Assembly: GCA_002269645.1 (NCBI GenBank)
Contig: NIVC01000023.1
Span: forward strand, 1 to 64,000
Direction of reading: 5' to 3'
DNA length: 64,000 nt
From: Macrostomum lignano
Lineage: Eukaryota
The notes below the pieces were generated by a model, which made no database searches, was not told the origin of the DNA, and saw nothing but the letters and a program-made list of their open reading frames with translations. Positions 9,759 through 20,894 of the stretch are shown here, piece after piece; within the stretch, counting starts at the first letter, position 1, and every line of letters starts with the position of its first letter. The position numbers and the translations under genes were made by a program.

Positions 9759-9820
9759 TTTTAGTAACAGAAAAAGACCCTTCGCGCCTGCGGCGCGGGC
9801 TAGGGGTTATAGAGTAGTAG

Positions 9821-10076
9821 TATAGAAAAAGACGCTTCTAGATCAGACCTTATTTTAATGACCGTTTTTATGGTCTTAAGAGGGGGGACGCGAGGGGGGT
9901 GTTGGGGAGTGTTTGGAAGTGTTGGGAAGTGATTTTTATTGTTAGGGGTGATTATGGGTGATTAGATGTGTTAAGGGTGTTTAGATGTGTTTTTTTATTT
10001 ACCCCCCGTGTCCCCCCTCTAGACCCTTAAAACGGTCATTAAAAAAGTGCTCTGGGTCTAGAAGCGTCTTTTTATA
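9821..10076. repeat. Imperfect inverted repeat (fold-back) at the element boundary
   Basis: Arm 9821-9900 is approximately the reverse complement of 10001-10076, around a 100-nt loop. AGTAGTAG lies immediately upstream (9813-9820). Confidence 0.9.
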
Positions 10077-10162
10077 TGGGGGCGATTTTGTCAGGGGGCG
10101 ATTCTGTCAGGGGGTGATTCTGTCAGGAAGCGATTCTGTCAGGGAGTGATTCTGTCAGGGGC
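10077..10162. repeat. 16-bp minisatellite (cagggggcgattctgt), ~5 copies
   Basis: Direct tandem copies sharing the ggggcgattct core with the 24722-25820 array. Confidence 0.85.
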
Positions 10163-10251
10163 AATATCTATATACATTTCCGAAAAGACAGATAGATCCA
10201 TCATTTAGCATTTAATTAATGCACAACAAGTTGTTATTCAATATCGCTCAG

Positions 10252-12561
10252 ACAAGACCAGATTCACTGTGAAGAACTCCGAATCAGCAATACTGCACGT
10301 ATTCTCAATGGAGAGAAATCGAATCAACCAAGCGGACAGTCCCTGCTCCAGCCGGCCGCTCGGGACCATAGACTACGTGACCAACTTCGGAATTGGACCG
10401 GACAATCAAAAGCGAAGAGATTTCACAGAGAGCGTGGAAGATGTACTGAATGACCGGATACAAGATCTGATTTATCAGCGATGCGGCTGTTACTCCCATC
10501 GGATGCCATTTCGAGTGGGAAAAAGCCTGCTATGCTATTATGCACCGCTGCAGTACCGGAAGCAACCCAGTAGTGAATTGCTGACTCAGATCTACTGTCA
10601 CGATTATTGGCATCAGAAGTTCATTGGAATTTCTGAGTTAGACGATGTTAGCACCGTTGTTAGACCGTGTCACGAAACGTATCGTGAGGTTCGGTATAAG
10701 AGTACTAGGTGAGTTGCTTTGGTGCTAGTTCTCTAGACTGGTAGATATTAGCATAGTAGACTGGTAGATATTAGCATAGTAGACTGGTAGATATTGGCAT
10801 AGTAGACTGGTAGTTATTGCAATGGTAGACTGGTAGATATTAGCATAGTAGACTGGTAGTTATTGCAATGGTAGACTGGTAGATATTAGCAAAGTAGACT
10901 GGTAGATATTGCAATAGTAGACTGGTAGTTATTGCAATGGTAGACTGGTAGTTATTGCAATGGTAGACTGGTAGATATTGCAATGGTAGACAGGTAGATA
11001 TTAGCATAGTAGACAGGTAGATATTAGCATAGTAGACTGGTAGTTATTGCAATGGTAGACTGGTAGATATTAGCATAGTAGACTGGTAGATATTAGCATA
11101 GTAGACAGGTAGATATTAGCATAGTAGACAGGTAGATATTAGCATAGTAGACTGGTAGTTATTGCAATGGTAGACTGGTAGATATTAGCATAGTAGACAG
11201 GTAGATATTAGCATAGTAGACTGGTAGTTATTGCAATGGTAGACTGGTAGATATTAGCATAGTAGACTGGTAGATATTAGCATAGTAGACAGGTGGATAT
11301 TAGCATAGTAGACTGGTAGTTATTGCAATGGTAGACTGGTAGATATTAGCATAGTAGACAGGTGGATATTAGCATAGTAGACTGGTAGTTATTGCAATGG
11401 TAGACTGGTAGATATTAGCATAGTAGACAGGTGGATATTAGCATAGTAGACTGGTAGTTATTGCAATGGTAGACTGGTAGATATTAGCATAGTAGACAGG
11501 TAGATATTAGCATAGTAGACTGGTAGTTATTGCAATGGTAGACTGGTAGTTATTGCAATGGTAGACTGGTAGATATTGGCATAGTAGACTGGTAGTTATT
11601 AGCATAGTAGACAGGTAGATATTAGCATAGTAGACTGGTAGTTATTGCAATGGTAGACTGGTAGATATTGCAATGGTAGACAGGTAGATATTAGCATAGT
11701 AGACAGGTAGATATTAGCATAGTAGACTGGTAGTTATTGCAATGGTAGACTGGTAGATATTAGCATAGTAGACTGGTAGATATTGGCATAGTAGACTGGT
11801 AGATATTGGCATAGTAGACTGGTAGTTATTGCAATGGTAGACTGGTAGATATTAGCATAGTAGACAGGTAGATATTAGCATAGTAGACTGGTAGTTATTG
11901 CAATGGTAGACTGGTAGATATTAGCATAGTAGACAGGTAGATATTAGCATAGTAGACTGGTAGTTATTGCAATGGTAGACTGGTAGATATTAGCATAGTA
12001 GACAGGACAGCTAGATATATACACACAGACGGCAGACAACGCACATTTAAAAGTGCACATGCATCTGCAGATGGCCCACTGACGAAGACCTGGTATCGGT
12101 GACCATTTTGTACTTTCTACACCGGTTGGCAAACGGCACGGAATTGTCAGGACCGAACGACCCCCATGATCATCGAATATTTAATTTCTCCGATGCGGAA
12201 GTTGTAGCGGCTGCCACTAAAAATGGCACCATAAAGTTGAGCAGCCGTGAGAACGTCGCCATCAGATCCCTGCTGCTGCCCCGTTGCGCTGGCATTCATG
12301 AATTTCACGAAGGCAACATCGCTGAGACGGCGGCCTGTTTGAACAAGGACATTGTCAGGAGAAATCTATTAAGAATCAATGTGCGACTTGCATCACCTGC
12401 TGCCACCGTGTATAACGAGTCATATTCGTATACGGGAATTGAGTTCCTGTCCGAGGTAGGTAGTTTTAGCTCGAATTGCATGCGGTTTGTTTGTTTGCTG
12501 CCTAGTTATTTGGTACATGTTAGTTAGTTAGTTAGTTAGGTAGTTAGTTAGGTAGTCAGTC

Positions 12562-12619
<58 letters not shown>

Positions 12620-12641
12620 GTAGTTAGTTAGGTAGTCAGTC

Positions 12642-12687
<46 letters not shown>

Positions 12688-12752
12688 GTAGTTAGTTAGG
12701 TAGGTAGTTAGTTAGTTAGTTAGTTAGTTAGGTAGTTAGTTAGTTAGTTAGG

Positions 12753-12807
<55 letters not shown>

Positions 12808-12832
12808 GTAGTTAGTTAGTTAGTTAGTTAGG

Positions 12833-12867
<35 letters not shown>

Positions 12868-12912
12868 GTAGTCAGTTAGTTAGTTAGTTAGTTAGTTAGT
12901 TAGGTAGTTAAG

Positions 12913-12955
<43 letters not shown>

Positions 12956-12996
12956 GTAGTCAGTCAGTTAGTTAGTTAGTTAGTTAGTTAGTTAGG

Positions 12997-13027
<31 letters not shown>

Positions 13028-13092
13028 GTAGTTAGTTAGGTAGTCAGTCAGTTAGTTAGTTAGTTAGTTAGGTAGTTAGTTAGTTAGTTAGG

Positions 13093-13151
<59 letters not shown>

Positions 13152-13176
13152 GTAGTTAGTTAGTTAGTTAGTTAGG

Positions 13177-13211
<35 letters not shown>

Positions 13212-13256
13212 GTAGTCAGTTAGTTAGTTAGTTAGTTAGTTAGTTAGGTAGTTAAG

Positions 13257-13299
<43 letters not shown>

Positions 13300-13309
13300 G
13301 TAGTCAGTC

Positions 13310-13367
<58 letters not shown>

Positions 13368-13373
13368 GTAGTC

Positions 13374-13427
<54 letters not shown>

Positions 13428-13465
13428 GTAGTCAGTTAGTTAGTTAGTTAGTTAGTTAGGTAGTC

Positions 13466-13559
<94 letters not shown>

Positions 13560-13569
13560 GTAGTCAGTC

Positions 13570-13623
<54 letters not shown>

Positions 13624-13683
13624 GTAGTCAGTCAGTTAGTTAGTTAGTTAGTTAGTTAGTTAGGTAGTCAGTCAGTTAGTTAC

Positions 13684-13727
<44 letters not shown>

Positions 13728-14265
13728 GTAGTTAGTTAGTTAGTTAGTTATTTAGGTAGTTAGTTAGTCAGCGCCAAATACATGGACTCTTGCGCCACGA
13801 CCCCTGGTTCGAGTCTCCAGTCCCCATTACTTTGGCCAGTGGGTGTCGTGTGATTCACAGCCATGAAGACCGACCCTTTATTCGCACAGACTGTACATGC
13901 CTGACGATTAGAAAGTCAGGGCCGCTGTGCACCCAGTGTGAGCGTGCGTGCCTGCGTACAGTATTGGCGGGCTTGCATGTGCTCAGGAGTCAGCGGGTTG
14001 GCCAGAATGGCGCTGGTTGCCGTACGGATGTCGCTGAAGACCCGGAGACCTCCTAAATATGAATCATTCGTTAGATTTTTGTATTTCATGGAATTGAATG
14101 GGTTTCAATAGATTTGAAAAATGGTGTCTGTTAATTTTTTCCTCTTTTCAGATTGGCGGCGTTTTGGGCCTCTGGTTTGGCGTCAGCTTGCTTACTATAT
14201 TCGAATTTTTCGAACTTATTTATGTTATAATGAGGTCCAAGCAGCGTATCGACAAAAAATTTTAA
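10252..14265 (+). CDS. DEG/ENaC (amiloride-sensitive/ASIC-like) channel subunit, last three exons: 10252-10708, 12071-12455, 14152-14265
   Basis: GT-AG joins in frame give CGC..PCHETYREVRYKSTR|WPTDEDL and ..IEFLSE|IGGVLGLWFGVSLLTIFE (TM2 signature with GxS filter). 5' exons are absent from the window. Confidence 0.9.
10733..12005. repeat. 23-bp intronic minisatellite
   Basis: Two interleaved variants: agactggtagatattagcatagt and agactggtagttattgcaatggt. Confidence 0.95.
12519..13769. repeat. (TTAG)n microsatellite with TAGG/TCAG variants
   Basis: About 1.25 kb of gtta repeats in the ENaC intron. Confidence 0.97.
13770..14056 (+). mobile_element. Possible tRNA-derived SINE remnant
   Basis: GC-rich ~290-bp island in an AT-rich intron with a B-box-like GGTTCGAGTC at 13806-13815. 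No clear A box, cloverleaf or TSD. Confidence 0.3.
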
Positions 14266-14737
14266 CTATTATATAAAAAACTTTCTGTATAATTTAAATG
14301 TTAAACAACGAAACAAAACAGACAGAAATATTGTAGCTAATTAATAGTTTTAAAAAGATCAAAATGCTTTATTTTATTTAAAAAATTGACAAATATAATT
14401 GATTATGCTTTTTAAACATAGACTGGCAATGATTTTCAGAAAATGTTTAGGAAAATTTTAATATTGCACCGCAAAAAACAAACAAACGCAACAAAAGAGA
14501 CAATGTAATAACACATGTAAAATTGGTAATAGCTACACATAAAATACGAGCTTTTTAATAGTTCCTAATACCGATTTAAATCTTAGCTATTAGTAGATAT
14601 TTACTGTTTTCTAACTGCTGGTGAATATACATTTTAATTTTACTCCTTTTTAATTTGTTTAAATAATATTAATAAAATTTCAACTATTTCATGCACTAAG
14701 ATCTGCCAATTTTTAAAACTGACCCAATATCTACCAA

Positions 14738-15518
14738 TAAGTCACTATAAATAACTGCATGACTCAAAATCTAGCAATGAGTCACTATAGATAACTGCAT
14801 GACTCAAAATCTAGCAATGAGTCACTATAAATAACTGCATGACTCAAAATCTAGCAATGAGTCACTAGATAACTGCATGACTCAAAATCTAGCAATGAGT
14901 CACTAGATAACTGCATGACTCAAAATCTAGCAATGAGTCACTATAAATAACTGCATGACTCAAAATCTAGCAATGAGTCACTAGATAACTGCATGACTCA
15001 AAATCTAGCAATGAGTCACTAGATAACTGCATGACTCAAAATGTAGCAATGAGTCACTAGATAACTGCATGACTAAAAATCTAGCAATGAGTCACTAGAT
15101 AACTGCATGACTCAAAATCTAGCAATGAGTCACTATAAATAACTGCATGACTCAAAATCTAGCAATGAGTCACTAGATAACTGCATGACTCAAAATCTAG
15201 CAATGAGTCACTATAAATAACTGCATGACTCAAAATCTAGCAATGAGTCACTAGATAACTGCATGACTAAAAATCTAGCAATGAGTCACTAGATAACTGC
15301 ATGACTAAAAATCTAGCAATGAGTCACTAGATAACTGCATGACTAAAAATCTAGCAATGAGTCACTAGATAACTGCATGACTCAAAATCTAGCAATGAGT
15401 CACTAGATAACTGCATGACTAAAAATCTAGCAATGAGTCACTAGATAACTGCATGACTCAAAATCTAGCAATGAGTCACTAGATAACTGCATGACTCAAA
15501 ATCTAGCAATGAGTCACT
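14738..15518. repeat. 38/40-bp minisatellite
   Basis: Unit gagtcactagataactgcatgactcaaaatctagcaat, ~20 copies, between the convergent ENaC and DHFR 3' ends. Confidence 0.95.
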
Positions 15519-15558
15519 ACACCCACAGTGCATACAATCCTTCATTCCTTCAAGTTCT

Positions 15559-18523
15559 TTACTCCTTCCTGCTGTAAACCTCAAACCGAAATGGGATTCC
15601 ATGCTCGCGCATCTCCCCAGACACCGATTCCAGTTTAAACAGTTCGTCTAACGAATCCATTGGGAAAAAACGATCTGCAGGCAAATCACATAGCACCCTA
15701 GTCAGGTGAACTCGTTGACAAGTTGCCATGGTTACGGCGCTTCGATAAATCTCTTGGCCACCCATAATCCAGACAGTTGGAGATGCCAAGCGATGATTAG
15801 CCAACCATTTCGCGTAATCCAATGCCGATTTTAGACTAGGCAGCATCGTAAACGAATTAGCGCTTATCTTCTTAGCAACGGTTGCCATGCGAGAACCGAT
15901 CACCAGGTGAATTCGGCGCGAATCTAACGCTAAATTAATTGGCATAGTTTCGAATGAAACTCGACCGGAGATGTTGACAACTGGCAACGGTTCGAGTTCG
16001 TCCATCTCGTGATCGTTTCGAGTGTTTCGAGTGAAATATTCAACATCCAGCATCAGATTTGGCCACGGAAGCTGCGTACTGTTTGCGAAACCGCCGTTTG
16101 AGTCTAGGGCGGCTACTGAGACCGCTAAGGTGAGTTCATTGAGCTTATCCGCGCCAATGTGACGCCACATGCGCAGACGAACCAAAGGGTTTTGGGGTGG
16201 ATTGACGCCCAGCAATGAAGGCGCCTCTTCCTGCCAATGGCTGGAAATTATAGCGAGTTAAATGGTCTGAGTCACGGGTGATGATTCAGGGGATGTAAGG
16301 AGACGTTATGATGATGATTAAGGGAGTGTAAGCCTCAGTCTGGTGATGATTCAGGAGGATCAAGCCTCAGTCTGGTGATGATTCAGGAGGATCAAGCCTC
16401 AGTCTGGTGATGATTCAGGAGGATCAAGCCTCAGTTTGGTGATGATTCAGGGGGATCAAGCCTCAGTTTGGTGATGATTCAGGAGGATAAAGCCTCAGTT
16501 TGGTGATGATTCAGGAGGATAAAGCCTCAGTTTGGTGATGATTCAGGAGGATAAAGCCTCAGTTTGGTGATGATTCAGGAGGTTCAAGCCTCAGTTTGGT
16601 GATGATTCAGGGGGATCAAGCCTCAGTTTGGTGATGATTCAGGAGGATCAAGACTCAGTTTGGTGATGATTCAGGGGGATCAAGCCTCAGTTTGGTGATG
16701 ATTCAGGAGGATAAAGCCTCAGTTTGGTGATGATTCAGGAGGATAAAGCCTCAGTTTGGTGATGATTCAGGAGGATAAAGCCTCAGTTTGGTGATGATTC
16801 AGGAGGTTCAAGCCTCAGTTTGGTGATGATTCAGGGGGATCAAGCCTCAGTTTGGTGATGATTCAGGAGGATCAAGCCTCAGTTTGGTGATGATTCAGGG
16901 GGATCAAGCCTCAGTTTGGTGATGATTCAGGAGGTTCAGTATTCCTCAGTTTGATGATTCAGGGGGATCAAGCCTCAGTTTGGTGATGATTCAGGAGGTT
17001 CAGTATGCCTCAGTTTGATGATTCAGGGGGATCAAGCCTCAGTTTGGTGATGATTCAGGGGGATCAAGCCTCAGTTTGGGGATGATTCAGGAGGACCAAG
17101 CCTCAGTTTGGTGATGATTCAGGGGGATCAAGCCTCAGTTTGGTGATGATTCAGGAGGATCAAGCCTCAGTTTGGTGATGATTCAGGAGGATCAAGCCTC
17201 AGTTTGGTGATGATTCAGGAGGATCAAGCCTCAGTTTGGTGATGATTTAGGAGGATCAAGCCTCAGTTTGGTGATGATTCAGGAGGATCAAGACTCAGTT
17301 TGGTGATGATTTAGGAGGATCAAGCCTCAGTTTGGTGATGATTCAGGAGGACCAAGCCTCAGTTTGGTGATGATTCAGGAGGTTCAGTATTCCTCAGTTT
17401 GATGATTCAGGGGGATCAAGCCTCAGTTTGGTGATGATTCAGGAGGTTCAGTATTCCTCAGTTTGATGATTCAGGGGGATCAAGCCTCAGTTTGGTGATG
17501 ATTCAGGAGGTTCAGTATTCCTCAGTTTGATGATTCAGGAGGTTCAAGCCTCAGTTTGGTGACTATTCAGGAGGTTCAAGCCTCAGTTTGGTGATGATTC
17601 AGGGGGATCAAGCCTCAGTTTGGTGATGATTCAGGGGGATCAAGCCTCAGTTTGGTGATGATTCAGGGGGATCAAGCCTCAGTTTGGTGATGATTCAAGG
17701 GGGATCAAGCCTCAGTTTGGTGATGATTCAGGAGGACCAAGCCTCAGTTTGGTGATGATTCAGGAGGTTCAGTATTCCTCAGTTTGATGATTCAGGGGGA
17801 CCAAGCCTCAGTTTGGTGATGATTCAGGAGGTTTAGTATTCCTCAGTTTGATGATTCAGGGGGATCAAGCCTCAATTTGGTGATGATTCAGGAGGTTCAG
17901 TATTCCTCAGTTTGATGATTCAGGGGGTTTAAGCCTCAGTTTAGAATTTACCTTTTATCGCTAATTCTCTGCATCCAGATATCCTTAATTGGGCATTCCA
18001 GACGGTCTCCGTTGCCACACTCGGGCGACATTATCTGCAGCGCTGCGAACCTGGTCAACAGGCAACTGCGGCCACTCAGACTCGGTACAAAGAGGGGTAC
18101 CGCCTGCAGCGGCGAGTCAGCTTCTCGACTATTGACAAACGAATATTTAGCAACCATTGAGCACGACTCAGCCACAGCGGAATAGATCTGAGGCCGATCC
18201 TCGTTAATATCAATTTGCATCTCGATGTTACCAGCAGATAAATAAGTCGCTTTTAATTTGTTTGAATTGCAAGATTCCAGGAAAGCAGATGTTAATGTGA
18301 AATTCGATGATTTGCAACCACTAGTGCACTCGTCTGCGGACAGTGGAACAAGATTCACCTGTTCAGGCATTGGCGTCCGCGTTGCTATGGCAACGGCAGA
18401 AGAGATGACGTCATTCGCTAACCGATGGTTGACAGTTACTAAATCGATTGGGCAACCATCTGGTCCGTAGGTGCCAATGACTGTTAGCTGATAGGCTCGC
18501 GGAGTGCAAAAGGAATCTGTCAT
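15559..18523 (-). CDS. DHFR: Divergent dihydrofolate reductase with long N-terminal extension; exons 17952-18523 and 15559-16240 (417 aa)
   Basis: DHFR motifs QLPWPNLMLDVEYF, SGRVSFETMP, VWIMGGQEIY, VHLTRV..ADRFFP, FRFEVY. A phase-2 GT-AG intron (16241-17951) joins the exons in frame. An acceptor at 18545 allows a further upstream exon or a trans-spliced leader. Confidence 0.8.
16278..17941. repeat. 32-bp intronic minisatellite
   Basis: Unit ggtgatgattcaggaggatcaagcctcagttt fills almost the whole DHFR intron. Confidence 0.95.
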
Positions 18524-18584
18524 CGTTGAACACATGCAGAGGTGCTGGAATAAACGAAAAATAGACTCTAGATACACAGTAGTT

Positions 18585-20127
18585 TGGGGGCGCCTAATCT
18601 TAGAGAGGGGCGCCTAACCTTAAAGAGGGGCGCCTAATCTTAACGAGCGGCGCCTGATCGTAGAGAGGGGCGCCTAACCTTAAAGAAGGCGCCTAATCTT
18701 AACGAGCGGCGCCTGATATTATAGAGGGGCGCCTAATCTACGGGAGGAGCGCCTAAAAAGGGGCGCCTAATCTTAGAGAGAGGGCTCCTAATCTAAAGGA
18801 GGGGCGCCTAATCTTATAGAGTGGCGCCTAATCTCAGAAAGGGGACCCCTAATCTAAAGGAGGGGCGCCTAATCTCAGAAAGGGGCCCCTAATCTAAAGG
18901 AGGGGCGCCTAATCTCAGAAAGGGGCCCCTAATCTAAAGGAGGGGCGCCTAATCTCAGAAAGGGGCCCCTAATCTAAAGGAAGGGCGCCTAATTTCAGAA
19001 AGGGGCCCCTAATCTCAGAAAGGGGCCTCTAATCTAAAGGAGGGGCGCCTAATCTCAGAAAGGGGCCCCTAATCTCAGAAAGGGGGCCCCTAATCTAAAG
19101 GAGGGGCGCCTAATCTTATAGAGTTGCGCCTAATCTCAGAAAGGGGGCCCCTAATCTAAAGGAGGGGCGCCTAATCTCAGAAAGGGGGCCCCTAATCTAA
19201 AGGAGAAGCGTCTAATCTCAGAAAGGGGGCCCTTAATCTAAAGGAGGGGCGCCTAATCTCAGAAAGGGGGCCCCTAATCTAAAGGAGGGGCCCCTAATCT
19301 CAGAAAGGGGGCCCCTAATCTAAAGGAGGGGCGCCTAATCTCAGAAAGGGGCCCCTAATCTAAAGGAGGGGCGCCTAATCTCAGAAAGGGGCCCCTAATC
19401 TAAAGGAGGGGCGCCTAATCTCAGAAAGGGGGCCCCTAATTTAAAGTAGGGACGCCTAATCTTATAGAGTGGCACCTAATCTCAGAAAGGGGGCCCCTAA
19501 TCTAAAGGAGTGGCGCCTAATCTCAGAAAGGGGGCCCCTAATCTAAAGGAGGGGCGCCTAATCTCAGAAAGGGGCCCCTAATCTAAAGGAGGGGCGCCTA
19601 ATCTCAGAAAGGGGCCCCTAATCTAAAGGAGGGGCGCCTAATCTCAGAAAGGGGGCCCCTAATTTAAAGTAGGGACGCCTAATCTTATAGAGTGGCACCT
19701 AATCTCAGAAAGGGGGCCCCTAATCTAAAGGAGTGGCGCCTAATCTCAGAAAGGGGGCCCCTAATCTAAAGGAGGGGCGCCTAATCTCAGAAAGGGGCCC
19801 CTAATCTAAAGGAGGGGCGCCTAATCTCAGAAAGGGGGCCCCTAATCTAAAGGAGGGGCGCCTAATCTTATAGAGTTGCGCCTAATCTCAGAAAGGGGGC
19901 CCCTAATCTAAAGGAGGGGCGCCTAATCTCAGAAAGGGGGCCCCTAATCTAAAGGAGGGGCGCCTAATCTCAGAAAGGGGGCCCCTAATTTAAAGTAGGG
20001 ACGCCTAATCTTATAGAGTGGCGCCTAATCTCAGAAAGGGGGCCCCTAATCTAAAGTAGGGACGCCTAATTTTAGAGAGGGGCGCCTAATTTTAGAGAGG
20101 GGCGCCTAATTTTAGAGAGGGGCGCCT
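18585..20127. repeat. ~20-bp subunit / ~40-bp dimer minisatellite
   Basis: Unit ggggcgcctaatctcagaaaggggcccctaatctaaagga. Confidence 0.95.
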
Positions 20128-20894
20128 AGTAGCCGGCAGAATTCGAATGAGGCCCCCCTAAAGTAAGTCAGTAAGTAAATTGATTTTGTAGTCGTTCTTA
20201 ATTTAGAAAGAGATATAGCTAGTTACAAAAAATTGAAATATTTATAATAAATATATTTACTTTTTTCAGAGGAAAATTAAACTAGACAAAAAATTCAACG
20301 ATATTAAAGGACGGAATCAAAATTCGAATTTTTATTGTAAATATTATATAATTAATTATAAGAAAAAAGAGAAAAAAGATTATAACAAAACAGAATTCAA
20401 TATAATAAACAAATACAGAAAGAAAAAAAATCATTTAATAGTTAGAAATATTCACTAATAAATTTACATAATATTAAAAAAACTTTTAATCAAATCTAGG
20501 CATTAGGAAAAAAGAGGCAGTTAAAAATTGTTTTTAACATCAACAGCTCAGCTGTGTTTCCGACAATTCGCCTCGCTTCTCAGTGTTTCGTTCTTGGAAT
20601 AAAAATTTGTTGCTTAATTAACAGGGTGTGCTCAGCACAAAGTCATGGCATTGGACCAATTTCAGATTTGAAAACTAATATTAACAATGAACACCTTTTA
20701 ACACGGAAGACATATTGAAGGGAGTTATTATAATAGCTTTAATTAATTAATTTTTAAAGATCCGGTACAGTTTTTGAAATATTCATGACTTAATCACAGA
20801 CAGAAAAAACAACACAAATTGTTGGAATGTACTTTAAAAATGAAATTCAAAGAAAATTGTTTGTTTTAATTTAAAACAATTTTTGAGCCGTCTT

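Larger units (their letters stand above)
1..10076. mobile_element. Maverick/Polinton (adintovirus-like) endogenous virus, right-hand portion, partly degenerate
   Basis: AT-rich, gene-dense block without spliceosomal introns. It carries the Polinton virion module (adenain protease, minor capsid, A32/FtsK ATPase, double-jelly-roll MCP) plus an rve integrase. Host-type satellite starts at 10077. Left end and pPolB are not in the window. Confidence 0.92.

Noticed and set aside
12519-13769. (TTAG)n as an interstitial telomere
   Set aside because: The unit is a 4-mer with only sporadic TTAGG, and it lies inside an intron with continuous exon phase.
13895-13980. Hammerhead-like CUGACGA..GAAA with stem I ACAUGC/GCAUGU
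   Set aside because: There is no stem II (3-nt linker), stem III is weak, and a competing CCUGAC/GUCAGG hairpin sequesters the core.
14738-17941. CRISPR-like appearance of 32-40-bp repeats
   Set aside because: Units are contiguous with no unique spacers, there are no cas genes, and the context is eukaryotic.
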